DNA of 64,000 nt, taken from contig JANQKB010000051.1 of assembly GCA_028281345.1 (NCBI GenBank), forward strand, positions 7,276 to 71,275. Reading direction: 5' to 3'. The DNA is from Chlorobium sp. Lineage in GTDB: Bacteria; Bacteroidota; Chlorobiia; Chlorobiales; Chlorobiaceae. Of this stretch, positions 9,581 through 20,968 are shown piece by piece (positions within the stretch are counted from its first letter, which is position 1; each line of letters starts with the position of its first letter). The notes below the pieces were generated by a model. That model was not told the origin of the DNA, ran no database searches, and was given only the letters and a program-made list of their open reading frames with translations. The position numbers and the translations under genes were made by a program.

Positions 9581-10312
9581 ATGCAGAATATCATCTTACT
9601 TACCGGTGCCGGCAAAGGTATCGGAAAAGCGATCGCCCTTGAATTTGCAGCAAGAGCCCGGAGCAATCCGTCCTTTAATCCGGTACTGGTGCTTTGTTCC
9701 CGCACCATTACCGACATTGAAAACATTGCGAATGAATGCGAAGCGCTGGGCACGAAAGCAGTTGCAATAGAAGCCGATATAGCAAATCTTGACGATATCG
9801 ACCGGCTTGTAACCAGTACCCTTGAGAAGTTCGGCACCGTAGACTGTCTGATCAACAACGCAGGTGTTGGACGGTTCAAAAGCTTCACTGAACTTAATGA
9901 AGAAGATTTCGACTATACCATGTCAGTAAACATGAAAGGAACTTTTTTTCTGACCCAGAAAGTGTTCCCTGTCATGGAAAGCAGACGTTCAGGCCATATT
10001 TTTTTCATCACTTCCATTGCGGCCGAAACTGCTTTCAAAAGCTCCTCGATCTACTCCATGTCAAAATTCGGACAGAAAGGACTTGTTGAAGCCCTTCGGC
10101 TCTACGGCAGGGAATGCAATGTTAAAATCACCAATGTCATGCCGGGAGCGGTTTATACCCCAATGTGGGGTAATGCCGGAGAAGAGTTCAGGAACGTGAT
10201 GATGATGCCAGAGGATATCGCCGGGCCGGTTGTCAATGCATACCTTCAGCCGCACAGAACATCCGTGGAAGAAATTGTTATGAGACCTGTCGGAGGAGAT
10301 ATCAATAGTTAA
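9581..10312 (+). CDS. Short-chain dehydrogenase, Chlorobium-type sepiapterin reductase
   Basis: TGAGKGIG, NNAGVG and YSMSK motifs. The sequence closely follows the C. tepidum sepiapterin reductase as recalled (FNPVLVLCSR, MMMPEDIA.PVV.AYLQP). Confidence 0.85.
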   Translation: MQNIILLTGAGKGIGKAIALEFAARARSNPSFNPVLVLCSRTITDIENIANECEALGTKAVAIEADIANLDDIDRLVTSTLEKFGTVDCLINNAGVGRFKSFTELNEEDFDYTMSVNMKGTFFLTQKVFPVMESRRSGHIFFITSIAAETAFKSSSIYSMSKFGQKGLVEALRLYGRECNVKITNVMPGAVYTPMWGNAGEEFRNVMMMPEDIAGPVVNAYLQPHRTSVEEIVMRPVGGDINS

Positions 10313-10452
10313 ATTCTCTACGCTCAGCAACAAGTAACATGTGACGAGTGGCGAGAAGTACCTGAATCAGGTTTTCTTTTGTCTTTTGAATTCTTTGAGT
10401 TTATTTTGGCTGACAATATTTCACATATCGACCATAACAAACTGCTACACCG

Positions 10453-10908
10453 ATGAGTTTAAAAGAGCGTATCGACCAGGATTTGAAAGAAGCCATGAAA
10501 AGCGGCGACAAAAACAGGCTCAACACCATTCGTTCAATCAGAGCCGCTCTTCTTGAAAAAGAGGTCTCGATACGCGTAGGAGGCAAGGCGGAACTCAGTG
10601 ATGAACAGGAGCTCGAAGTTGTCATGAACCTTGCCAAAAAGCGTAAGGATTCCATCCAGCAGTATCAGGATGCCGACAGAAAAGATCTGGCGGAAATCGA
10701 ACAGGCCGAACTTGCGGTGATAACAACTTATCTGCCTGCCCAGATGCCTGATGAGGAGATCGAAGCAGCTGTCAGGGACATCATCGCCCAGGTCGGCGCA
10801 ACATCCATGAAAGACATGGGCAAGGTCATGGGAGCCGCCATGAAAAAGCTGAAAGGCAAGGCCGATGGGGGAAAGGTGCAGGAGATGGTTAAATCAGTCC
10901 TGTCATAA
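10453..10908 (+). CDS. GatB/YqeY domain protein
   Basis: [49 protein letters not shown]. Confidence 0.93.
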   Translation: MSLKERIDQDLKEAMKSGDKNRLNTIRSIRAALLEKEVSIRVGGKAELSDEQELEVVMNLAKKRKDSIQQYQDADRKDLAEIEQAELAVITTYLPAQMPDEEIEAAVRDIIAQVGATSMKDMGKVMGAAMKKLKGKADGGKVQEMVKSVLS

Positions 10909-10931
10909 GAAAATTTATAGTTATCCATACC

Positions 10932-12215
10932 ATGCTTGATATCAATTATATCCGACAAAACCCGGAAGAAGTTGTCGAAATGCTGAAAAAACGGCGGCAG
11001 GAAGAGGATTGCTCCAGACTCGATGAACTGCTTGAATGCGACAGGCAGCGTCGGGAACTTGTCCGCAAAACCGACGAGTTGAAAGCATTGAGAAACAAGG
11101 TCTCAAAAGATATCGCTGTTATCAAAAGGACCGGCCAGGGCTCTGCGGAAGATCTCATTCAGGAGATGAAAGAGGTTGCCGATAATATTGCAGGTATGGA
11201 CGATACTTTGGGTGAGCTCGAAAAGGAAATAGAATCTATCCTGCTCTCTCTTCCAAACAAGTTGCACGCCGACGTTCCCGAAGGCAGTTCAGCCGAGGAC
11301 AACGCCGTTTACAAAGAACCGGTAACCTTTGATCATACGTTTGACTTCCCTTTGGTGAACCACCTTGACCTTGGCAACAGGCTCGGCATTCTTGACTTTG
11401 AACGGGGCGCAAAAATATCCGGCACCGGATTTCCAGTCTACACAGGTAAAGGTGCACGGCTTGAACGTGCGCTTTTGAACTTCATGCTGGATTACCACAC
11501 CGAACATCACGGCTACACCGAAGTTTTTCCTCCGTTCATGGTAAACGAAGATTCACTTCGGGGCACAGGTCAGTGGCCGAAGTTTGCCGATCAGGTATAC
11601 TACGTGAACGAAGACAGCCTTTATGCGATCCCGACCGCAGAAGTACCGGTAACGAACCTCCACCGTGAGGAAATGCTCCGCAACGAACAGTTACCCATAT
11701 CCTATGCCGCCTACTCCGCATGCTTCCGCCGGGAAGCCGGAAGCTACGGCAAAGATACACGCGGGTTTCTGAGGGTTCATCAGTTCAACAAGGTTGAAAT
11801 GGTAAAATTCACCCGTCCTGAAGAGTCCTATGACGCGCTCGAAGAGATACTAAAACACGCAGAAGCTATTCTTCACGCCCTCAAAATACCTTACCGGGTA
11901 ATGCTTCTCTGCAGCGGAGATATCAGCGCAAACGCTACAAAATGTTATGATATCGAGGTATGGTCACCTGCGGAAAACAAATATCTGGAAGCATCGAGCT
12001 GCTCCAACTTCGAGGATTACCAGGCACGGCGAGCCAACATCCGCTTCAAACCAGCCGGGAATTCAAAACCGTCTTACGTTCACACCCTGAACGGCTCGGG
12101 ACTTGCAACTTCCAGATTGATGGTTTCACTGCTTGAGAACTATCAGACAGCCGAAGGCACCGTTATCGTACCGGAAGTGCTGAGAAAGTATACGGGCTTC
12201 GACCTGATCGATTAA
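10932..12215 (+). CDS. serS: Serine--tRNA ligase
   Basis: [49 protein letters not shown]. Confidence 0.98.
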   Translation: MLDINYIRQNPEEVVEMLKKRRQEEDCSRLDELLECDRQRRELVRKTDELKALRNKVSKDIAVIKRTGQGSAEDLIQEMKEVADNIAGMDDTLGELEKEIESILLSLPNKLHADVPEGSSAEDNAVYKEPVTFDHTFDFPLVNHLDLGNRLGILDFERGAKISGTGFPVYTGKGARLERALLNFMLDYHTEHHGYTEVFPPFMVNEDSLRGTGQWPKFADQVYYVNEDSLYAIPTAEVPVTNLHREEMLRNEQLPISYAAYSACFRREAGSYGKDTRGFLRVHQFNKVEMVKFTRPEESYDALEEILKHAEAILHALKIPYRVMLLCSGDISANATKCYDIEVWSPAENKYLEASSCSNFEDYQARRANIRFKPAGNSKPSYVHTLNGSGLATSRLMVSLLENYQTAEGTVIVPEVLRKYTGFDLID

Positions 12216-12429
12216 AGTTGTTTTTCTCACGAACCGGCATGTAAAATATCATCGTGCCACCGATGACTTTTACACGTTTCTACCGGAAGCACGGGACTTG
12301 GCCCAGCCTGGAAGTACCCATCAGGCATGTACGATGGTTCAAGAAGTGCTGCAAACCTTTCGCCGCCGCCTTTACACATTCCCCCCTCTTCGAAACCCGC
12401 CATGTTTTTTTTTATGTAAAACGATCTAA

Positions 12430-12573
12430 AGGGCACCGCTATAAATTGTCGCGAGCGCCTTGAGCACGAGGCGAACGGAGCGCAGAAACCGGAGTGTGCA
12501 CGTAGTACATGAGGATTTCGAGCACCGATCAACGAAGTAATCATGGTGCGCAGCAAATTAATAGAGGCGCCCT
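12430..12573 (+). repeat. ~144-bp MITE-like repeat, copy 2
   Basis: Ends agggcaccgctataaatt / aattaatagaggcgccct form inverted repeats; same core as copy 1. Confidence 0.92.
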
Positions 12574-12658
12574 AAAGTGAAACCTTTTTACGTCCCTCCG
12601 CATAGCAATAATTAAACGATGCTTTATTCAACGACAAAACTATGAGCAGGAAGAGGAC

Positions 12659-13144
12659 ATGAGCGTAAAAATGAAATCTTGGGCAACGCCACTGGCCGCC
12701 GGAACCTTCGTCATTCTTGCCGTAACCGGCATTCTGATGTTCTTTAAAATCAACATAGGGTATATCAAGCCCGTCCATGAATGGCTGAGCTGGGCAATGG
12801 TGATCGGGGTGGTTTTTCATACCATAGCCAACTGGAAACCCTTCACCTCATACTTTTCGAAAAAGCCATCCCTTTCCATTATCGGAGCAGGTTTGATTAT
12901 CACCATGCTTTCTGTTTTTATGCCGTCCGCCAACGATGGCAATCCAGGGATGAAAATGATCAAAGCACTCGGAACGGTAAAAATCGAAACCATTGCCGAC
13001 ATAGCAGGGCAAAACAGCGACGCTATCGTCACAAAGCTCGAACAAAAAGGTATTTCCGAAGCCGGGACATCCATGACCATCCGGGAGATTGCTACAATGA
13101 ACGGAAAAAAAGAGAAAGATATTCTATGGGTCATTTTCCAATAA
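12659..13144 (+). CDS. DUF4405-like membrane protein
   Basis: WATPL..GTFVILAVTGILMFF, VHEWLSW...FHTIANWKPF..YF. Confidence 0.7.
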   Translation: MSVKMKSWATPLAAGTFVILAVTGILMFFKINIGYIKPVHEWLSWAMVIGVVFHTIANWKPFTSYFSKKPSLSIIGAGLIITMLSVFMPSANDGNPGMKMIKALGTVKIETIADIAGQNSDAIVTKLEQKGISEAGTSMTIREIATMNGKKEKDILWVIFQ

Positions 13145-13171
13145 CCTCGTCTTCGGGCAAGAAAGAGACAA

Positions 13172-13201
13172 TAAAAAACGCACCTGCTATGATGCGGGTG
13201 C
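13172..13201 (-). terminator. Terminator for metX at a convergent gene junction
   Basis: gcacctgc/gcgggtgc stem with an adjacent A run (U tract on the minus strand). Confidence 0.6.
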
Positions 13202-13211
13202 TGAGGCACCT

Positions 13212-14285
13212 TTAAGCGGCTGAACTATCCTTGGCGGTTACCTCATCCCTGAACGCTTTCACCAGCCGGCTGACCTTGTCAACCTCGATCAGAAACGCGT
13301 CGTGGCCGTATGATTCGTGGAGGTACTCGATACGGCTGTCGGGAATATGCCGCACAAGCTCCTCCTGTTCCTCTTTGGGGTAGAGAATATCGGATGTGAT
13401 GGAAAGCACTTTGACCGGCATGGCAAAAGATTCAAGCACCCGGTTGTACTCCCCTCTTCCGCGCGAAAGGTCGTGGGAATCCATGGCCTTCGTAAGGGTG
13501 ATGTAGGTATTGGCGTCAAAGCGGTTGACGAGTTTCTCCCCCTGATAGCGAAGATAGCTTTCCGCCTGGAAGGTTTTTTCGTCTCTCTTGTCGCGCCCGA
13601 AACGGCCTTGAAAGTTGTCGAAACTCCGGTATGAGCACATCGCCATCATGCGGGCTGCCGCCAGACCCCTTGCCGGTTGCGCCTGAGGATCATACCATCC
13701 TTCCTTCCAGTCACGGTCAGCGATAATTGCCTGACGCTGTGCCTCGCTCTGTGCTATACACCATGCCGAATGTCTCCCGGATATGCCCATCGGCATGAGC
13801 GCGCACACCTTGTCGGGGAACATGCAGCCCCACTCCAGCACCTGCATTCCGCCAAGCGAAGCACCGACAGCCAGCTTCACCTGTTCGATACCGAGTTCAT
13901 CGAGCAACAGCCGCTGCAGCCTGACCATGTCACGTATGGTAATAGCGGGAAAGTCGGGGCCGTAACGCTTGCCTGTCAAGGGGTTTCGAGACAGAGGACC
14001 GGTCGTACCGTAACAGCTTCCCAGCACATTGCTGCAGATAATAAAATCCTTTGTATCGTCAAACCCTTTTCCTTCTCCGAACATTCCATCCCACCAGATA
14101 TCGGCATCTGCCGAGCCGGTCAGGGCGTGACAGATGAGCACAACATTGTTTCGCTCCCGGTTCAAAGACCCCCAGGTACGATACGCAATGATTGTTTCAG
14201 GCAGTTCACCTCCAAGCTCAAGGCTGAAAGGTTTACGGCTGACAAAAAATCCTGTTTTTTCTGATATGCTATCGATATACTCCAT
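13212..14285 (-). CDS. metX: Homoserine O-acyltransferase (MetX family)
   Basis: CHALTG, CSNVLGSCYGTTGP, GASLGGMQ, RFDANTY, DILYP, HESYGHDAFL. Confidence 0.95.
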   Translation of the reverse strand: MEYIDSISEKTGFFVSRKPFSLELGGELPETIIAYRTWGSLNRERNNVVLICHALTGSADADIWWDGMFGEGKGFDDTKDFIICSNVLGSCYGTTGPLSRNPLTGKRYGPDFPAITIRDMVRLQRLLLDELGIEQVKLAVGASLGGMQVLEWGCMFPDKVCALMPMGISGRHSAWCIAQSEAQRQAIIADRDWKEGWYDPQAQPARGLAAARMMAMCSYRSFDNFQGRFGRDKRDEKTFQAESYLRYQGEKLVNRFDANTYITLTKAMDSHDLSRGRGEYNRVLESFAMPVKVLSITSDILYPKEEQEELVRHIPDSRIEYLHESYGHDAFLIEVDKVSRLVKAFRDEVTAKDSSAA

Positions 14286-14325
14286 TCCCTGTTGATCGTT
14301 TTCAAAGTTTATGTTTCATTGTTCT

Positions 14326-14465
14326 TGGCACCACTATTAATTGTCGTGAGCGCCTTGAGTACAAGGCGGACGGAGCACAGAAACCGGAGTGTACACGCGG
14401 GGACATGAGGATTTCGAGCACCGGCCAACGAAGTGATCATGGCGCGCAACAAATTAATAGCGGTG

Positions 14466-14468
<3 letters not shown>
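14326..14468 (+). repeat. ~143-bp MITE-like repeat, copy 3 (between metY and metX)
   Basis: tggcaccactattaatt / aattaatagcggtgtca inverted ends. The right end includes the metY stop codon (tca at 14466-14468). Confidence 0.92.
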
Positions 14469-15809
<1,341 letters not shown>

Positions 15810-15857
15810 TCAACCGGGAAGGAAAAGAAAATGATATGAACACACAGAATGTACACA

Positions 15858-15964
15858 CAATCATCTTCCCCGCACAGCATGTCCGGGATGGAATTGGCAC
15901 CAATCATTACTGACGGTTGCCAAGGCTTCTCAGGGCCACTCCCTCCACCTTTCTGGATGATAAA
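15858..15964 (-). promoter_or_regulatory. SAM-I (S-box) riboswitch
   Basis: Minus strand atcatccagaaaggtggagggagtggccctgagaagccttggcaacc...ggtgccaattcc...ggaagatgat, upstream of metY-metX. Confidence 0.93.
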
Positions 15965-16164
15965 CCGAAAACTATATGGAAAGAACTCTTTTGTCTGGTC
16001 TCAATCTACAACAGAGATTGTTATTTTACAAGTATGAACACCTGCGCCGGGTAAAAACACTTCCGGCCAATCCCGTTGCTCTCCGTCATTGGAGAGAAAA
16101 CCGTCAAGAAACTGTGGATCGCAACCATTACAAACCAATCGAGGTTACACCTGATATGTACTTC

Positions 16165-16194
16165 AGAGCACCTCTAAAAGTGTCATGAGTCCCG
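16165..16194 (+). repeat. Left-end fragment of the MITE-like repeat
   Basis: agagcacctctaaaagtgtcatgagtcccg resembles the left end agggacctctattaagtgtcgtgagcgcc. Confidence 0.5.
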
Positions 16195-16206
16195 ATTTTC
16201 GGAAGA

Positions 16207-17034
16207 ATGGCCCGACAAGTCGGGATCAAAGACGCAATTGAAACGCAGAATAAACTAAATAGAGACACCCTAAAATCTGACACTGGAACAATGGCACGGT
16301 TTGATAAAATCATACAGAAAATAGAGCAAAAGTGCCCCAATGACTGGTGGATTATGTCCTTCAAAAAAAAGGCCCGGGAGGATCATCCATGTTATCAGCT
16401 CTACAAGAAAACAATCAGGGAATACAATAAAGCCCTGGACTGCTTGGACCCTCAATCTTTTTCTATTCTCAGTGATAAAGTTCTTTCCGAATTCAAGTGT
16501 GAAGCCGTTCAAAATGAAGATGGTCGCGGAAAGCAGCTATCGTTTGATTTAATGAATGAAGCGTTCGCGTATAAGTATTTACAAAACCGAGTTGTCAACA
16601 ATCTCTGTTTCGTTGAGGAAAACAAGGGTACAGGAAAAAATCAACCTAAAACGCCTGATATCAGGTTTGAGGAAAAAGGTCGAGTCGGTTATTGCGAAGT
16701 AAAAACGATCAACAGATCAGATAAGGACAAAAAGCGTTATGATGGCAAAGTATTCAGCGGGAGCGAATATAATCTGAATGACGGCTTTTTCAATAAAATT
16801 CGCACCGCATTGGATAGTGCTAAATCTCAGGTAAAAACCCCTTCCGATTCGGAATTCGGAATCGTTTACCTGATTATCAATTTTGACGATTTCACATTAG
16901 AAGATCACACGACATACAAAGAACAGCTTCATGTTTTTTTTCAGCAGTCTTATCCGGACATTGAAATACACGCCTTGATCCCGGGCGGAGGCTTTCATGC
17001 ACTCTATGAGATCCACCATACACCGGATTTGTAA
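16207..17034 (+). CDS. Hypothetical protein with PD-(D/E)xK nuclease-like motif
   Basis: MNEAFAY...KTPDIRFEEKGRVGYCEVKTINRS; AT-rich codon usage. Confidence 0.6.
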   Translation: MARQVGIKDAIETQNKLNRDTLKSDTGTMARFDKIIQKIEQKCPNDWWIMSFKKKAREDHPCYQLYKKTIREYNKALDCLDPQSFSILSDKVLSEFKCEAVQNEDGRGKQLSFDLMNEAFAYKYLQNRVVNNLCFVEENKGTGKNQPKTPDIRFEEKGRVGYCEVKTINRSDKDKKRYDGKVFSGSEYNLNDGFFNKIRTALDSAKSQVKTPSDSEFGIVYLIINFDDFTLEDHTTYKEQLHVFFQQSYPDIEIHALIPGGGFHALYEIHHTPDL

Positions 17035-17280
17035 AGTAATAATACCAAAACCGCACATAACAGCAGCGCCTACAAGTCCAAATCACAAAAGACATGGATT
17101 TCCGGGTTCTTGGTGTGGTAACGTGGGTGATTCGACAAACCGCTGACTATCCTTTCTTTCCTTTTTTAATCACGCTCATCCTCTTTCTTGCAGAAGCTTT
17201 TCACCATAGAATTGGATGGAAATAGATGTTTCATTGCTTCATCAGTTTGTTTTTGGGTGTAAATGGATGCATTATTGGGT

Positions 17281-18330
17281 ATGATTAACACACAAACTCT
17301 TGACATCACCCCTGAGGTATTGACTCTGATCGCAGAGATCGACGAGTTCAAAGGTGCATGGCGCACCATGGGGACACTTGCCCCGGAAAGACTTTCTATT
17401 TTACGCAGGATTGCAACCATTGAAAGCATCGGATCATCGACCCGCATAGAAGGCAGCAAAATGTCTGATCAGGAGGTGGGACGCCTTCTCTCAAACCTGG
17501 GAATCAGATCATTCAATTCACGTGATGAACAGGAAGTTGCCGGATACGCTGAGCTGATGGATCTTGTGTTCAGTTCATGGCAGATCATTCCATTCGACGA
17601 GAATCACATCAAACAACTGCATCAGGTTCTGTTGAGACACAGCCAAAAGGATACCCACCACCGAGGCCATTATAAAACCAGTTCAAACAACATCGCTGCT
17701 TTCAATGAACAGGGACAACAGATCGGCATCGTATTTGAAACGGCATCACCTTTTGATACGCCTCATCTGATGCAAGAACTGGCAACATGGGTAACCAACG
17801 AGCGGGAAAAAGCACTCCTGCATCCATTGCTGATCATAACTGTTTTCGTCGTCGTCTTTCTGGAAATACACCCGTTTCAAGATGGAAACGGGCGACTCAG
17901 CCGTGCGCTGACCACGTTATTGCTCTTGCAGGCAGGTTATGCATACGTACCGTACAGTTCACTGGAAAGTATCATCGAGCAGAATAAGGAAGCCTACTAT
18001 CTTGCTCTCAGACAAACACAGGGAACAATACGCACTCCTGCTCCTAACTGGCAGCCTTGGCTGATATTTTTCCTGCGTTCTCTGGCAGAGCAGGTCAGAC
18101 GGCTTGAACAAAAGATAGAGTGTGAGAAAATTGTTATGTCTTCTTTGCCCAAACTTTCACTGCAAATAGTTGAATTTGCACGTGAACACGGCCGCATCAC
18201 GATAGGCGAAGCTATCAGACTGACCGGAGCGAGCAGGAACACTCTCAAAGGGCATTTCCGAACCCTTGTTGAAAAAGGACATTTAGCAAGACACGGACGC
18301 GGGCGCGGGGTCTGGTATGAAATCAAATGA
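17281..18330 (+). CDS. Fic family protein with C-terminal HTH
   Basis: Canonical HPFQDGNGRLSR motif, N-terminal SSTRIEG inhibitory-type motif and a C-terminal winged-HTH-like segment. The ATG at 17281 is preferred. Confidence 0.93.
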   Translation: MINTQTLDITPEVLTLIAEIDEFKGAWRTMGTLAPERLSILRRIATIESIGSSTRIEGSKMSDQEVGRLLSNLGIRSFNSRDEQEVAGYAELMDLVFSSWQIIPFDENHIKQLHQVLLRHSQKDTHHRGHYKTSSNNIAAFNEQGQQIGIVFETASPFDTPHLMQELATWVTNEREKALLHPLLIITVFVVVFLEIHPFQDGNGRLSRALTTLLLLQAGYAYVPYSSLESIIEQNKEAYYLALRQTQGTIRTPAPNWQPWLIFFLRSLAEQVRRLEQKIECEKIVMSSLPKLSLQIVEFAREHGRITIGEAIRLTGASRNTLKGHFRTLVEKGHLARHGRGRGVWYEIK

Positions 18331-18440
18331 TGAGGACACATTGATTCTGATGAAATTTCCCGCCTTTGCATACATTGCTTTATTGTTGGCAAGATCATAG
18401 GAAGCTTTTTTAACACTACGTCGAGCCCGTCACTTTCCTC

Positions 18441-19772
18441 ATGAACGCAAGAGAAATAGCACTCCTGACACTACAGGAAACAGAAAAAAACAGCACCAAG
18501 TCGGAACAGTCTCTTCACCGGCTGCTTGATAAACACGATCCCGGCAAAAACGATAGTGCTCTTGCAACCGAACTTGTCAACGGCGTTCTGCGGTTCTGGC
18601 TGAGACTCGATTTCACCATAAGCCACTGTTACCACCATGACCTGAACAAAGCAGCTCCTGCACTGCGCAACATTCTGCGTCTTGGAACTTATCAGCTTCT
18701 TTTCCTCGACAAAATACCCGGCTGGGCAGCCGTTGACGAATGCGTCAAACTTGCAAGAAAATACAAGGGACGCCACATTGCCGGTATTGTCAACGGGGTT
18801 CTTCGCAGGATTGCATCGGAAAAGGAGCCTCTTGAAGAAGTCCTGAAAAAGGAACCGCTGACCAGAAGGTTATCGATAGAACATTCACATCCGGAATGGC
18901 TTGTTGCCCGCTGGCTGGAACTCTTCGGCGAACAGCAGACAGTGGGCATGCTTTCCGCCGACAATCGCCCTCCTCTGACGGCTCTGCGGGTCAATACCCT
19001 GAAAACAAGCCTTGAAACCATGGAAAAGGCCTTGCGGGACGCATCCGTCACGTTCAGGAGTGCCGGACCTGAGCAGTTTATCCTGACACGGGATTTCAAT
19101 GCTTGCGAACCGTTTATCCACCTTGGGCTGCTTACCGTACAGAACCCGACACAGGCACTCCCCTGTCTGCTCTTGAACCCCCTTCCCGGCGACAACATAC
19201 TGGATATGTGCGCCGCTCCCGGCGGAAAAGCAACGTTCATGGCGGAACTCATGAAGAACAAGGGACACATCCTGGCGGTAGACCGTTACCCGAACAAGTG
19301 TGAAAAAATCATGCAGCGGGCAAAAACCCTCGGCATAACCATCATCGAAACTGTTTCGGAAGACGCCAGAGCAGTTCAGGCGGACAAACAACCCGACGCA
19401 CTCCTCCTCGATGCTCCATGTACAGGAACAGGCGTCCTCGGCAGAAAACCCGAACTCAGATGGAGGAGTTCACCGCATAAACTCGATGAGCTGGTAAACC
19501 TTCAGGCGGAACTGCTCGACCACGCCGGAAAACTTCTGGGGCCGGGAGGAGTGCTTGTATACGCGACCTGTTCGGTCGAGCCCGAAGAAAATCATACCCA
19601 GGTAAACCATTTCCTGGAACGTAGCAAGGATTTCACAAGGGAAGACTCACCGGTCAAACTCCCGGATGTTTTCAGCCCAATGCCGTCAATTCCCGGAGCT
19701 TATCTTACCCTGCCGGGCAAACACGAGGGTTTTGACGGCGGCTTCGCACAGCGATTGAGAAAGAAACACTGA
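18441..19772 (+). CDS. rsmB: 16S rRNA m5C methyltransferase RsmB/Sun
   Basis: N-terminal NusB-like domain, DMCAAPGGKA, DAPCTGTG, YATCS. Confidence 0.93.
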   Translation: MNAREIALLTLQETEKNSTKSEQSLHRLLDKHDPGKNDSALATELVNGVLRFWLRLDFTISHCYHHDLNKAAPALRNILRLGTYQLLFLDKIPGWAAVDECVKLARKYKGRHIAGIVNGVLRRIASEKEPLEEVLKKEPLTRRLSIEHSHPEWLVARWLELFGEQQTVGMLSADNRPPLTALRVNTLKTSLETMEKALRDASVTFRSAGPEQFILTRDFNACEPFIHLGLLTVQNPTQALPCLLLNPLPGDNILDMCAAPGGKATFMAELMKNKGHILAVDRYPNKCEKIMQRAKTLGITIIETVSEDARAVQADKQPDALLLDAPCTGTGVLGRKPELRWRSSPHKLDELVNLQAELLDHAGKLLGPGGVLVYATCSVEPEENHTQVNHFLERSKDFTREDSPVKLPDVFSPMPSIPGAYLTLPGKHEGFDGGFAQRLRKKH

Positions 19773-19825
19773 ACCGTTGATTTGTTGACCCCGGCATGTC
19801 GGGCTTGTTGAACTATGGCAAGCTT

Positions 19826-19852
19826 TTTTGACTTTTGAATTTTGACTTTGCC
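19826..19852 (+). repeat. Heptamer tandem array (TTTTGAC/TTTTGAA)
   Basis: ttttgac ttttgaa ttttgac tttgcc. Confidence 0.75.
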
Positions 19853-19856
19853 TGTA

Positions 19857-20771
19857 ATGCACGTTCTTGAAACACCCTACAGCGATCATTTAGAGAGCTT
19901 CGTCAACTACCTGACGCTCGAAAGGAACTTTTCTCCTCACACAAGGACATCCTATATGAATGACCTCAATCGGTATCTTCTTTTTGCACAGAACCTTGAA
20001 AAACCGGTTACCGGGATAACCCTGACCGATATACAGAGCTTCATAAAGGAGCTTCACGACGCAGGACTTGAAGCACGTTCTGTTGCCAGAAACATCTCCG
20101 CCATCCGTTCTTTTCACAAATTCCTCGTTCGAGAAAATATTCTCAAGGAAAACGCGGCTGAAAACCTTCATCAGCCGAAACCCGGCCTGCACCTGCCGAC
20201 AGTACTGTCGGTTGACGAAGTGTTCAAACTCCTCGATGCGCCTCTCCTCGAAGAACCTCCCGGCAAGTACCGGCTGAGAGACAAGGCGCTTCTGGAATTT
20301 CTCTATGCGACGGGAATACGGGTCAGCGAGCTCGTCAATCTGCAGCAAAGCAATTGCTACTTCGATGCCGGTTTCGCACGCATTTTCGGTAAAGGCTCAA
20401 AAGAGCGTCTTGTCCCTGTCGGGCGTTCCGCAACAGAATGGGTAAAACGATACCAGCAGGAACTGCGCTTGAATATAGCAAACCGCGATTCCGGGGATTA
20501 CCTTTTTCTCAATGCACGCGGAACACAACTCTCCCGAATGTCAGCTTATACGATTGTTCGCCGTTGCAGCACGACAGCGGGAATTACAAAAAAAATAAGC
20601 CCGCACACCCTCCGGCACACTTTCGCCACCCACCTGCTCGAAGGAGGAGCAGACCTCCGGGCGGTACAGGAAATGCTCGGCCACAGCTCCATTATCGCCA
20701 CACAGATCTACACCCATATCGACCGCTCCTTCATCAAGGAGGTGCATAAAACCTTCCACCCCAGAGGGTAG
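19857..20771 (+). CDS. xerD: Site-specific tyrosine recombinase XerD
   Basis: RDKALLEFLYATGIRVSEL, GKGSKERLVP, HTLRHTFATHLLEGGADLRAVQEMLGH, TQIYTH, HPR. Confidence 0.93.
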   Translation: MHVLETPYSDHLESFVNYLTLERNFSPHTRTSYMNDLNRYLLFAQNLEKPVTGITLTDIQSFIKELHDAGLEARSVARNISAIRSFHKFLVRENILKENAAENLHQPKPGLHLPTVLSVDEVFKLLDAPLLEEPPGKYRLRDKALLEFLYATGIRVSELVNLQQSNCYFDAGFARIFGKGSKERLVPVGRSATEWVKRYQQELRLNIANRDSGDYLFLNARGTQLSRMSAYTIVRRCSTTAGITKKISPHTLRHTFATHLLEGGADLRAVQEMLGHSSIIATQIYTHIDRSFIKEVHKTFHPRG

Positions 20772-20913
20772 GTGCACCTCTATAAATTTGCTGCGCCCCA
20801 TGATTACTTCGTTGAGCGGTACTCGAAATCCTCATGTACCTTATGTACACTCCGGTTTCTGCGTTCCGCTCGCCTCGTACTCATGTCGCTCGCGACAATT
20901 TATAGAAGCACCC
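20770..20913 (-). repeat. ~144-bp MITE-like repeat, copy 4 (inverted)
   Basis: Reverse complement of the same core; one end overlaps the xerD TAG. Confidence 0.92.
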
Positions 20914-20933
20914 GCAGGAAATGGGATTTTACC

Positions 20934-20964
20934 TTTTGACCTTTGCCTTTTGAATTTTGACTTT
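20934..20964 (+). repeat. Heptamer tandem array
   Basis: ttttgac ctttgcc ttttgaa ttttgac ttt. Confidence 0.75.
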
Positions 20965-20968
20965 CTTC

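Noticed and set aside
15976-16188. 70-aa ORF upstream of the nuclease-like gene
   Set aside because: No RBS or motif, it overlaps the metY promoter region, and its end is formed by the repeat fragment. It may be a gene remnant but I cannot support that.
17051-17100. ACATAAC just after the PD-(D/E)xK gene as the start of an attC
   Set aside because: No matching L boxes or GTTRRRY right arm downstream; at most a truncated remnant.
19857-20771. Tyrosine recombinase as the integrase for the radC islet or the attC cassette
   Set aside because: It has the canonical chromosomal XerD signature, sits behind rsmB, shows no obvious IntI-specific insertion and is far from both islets.
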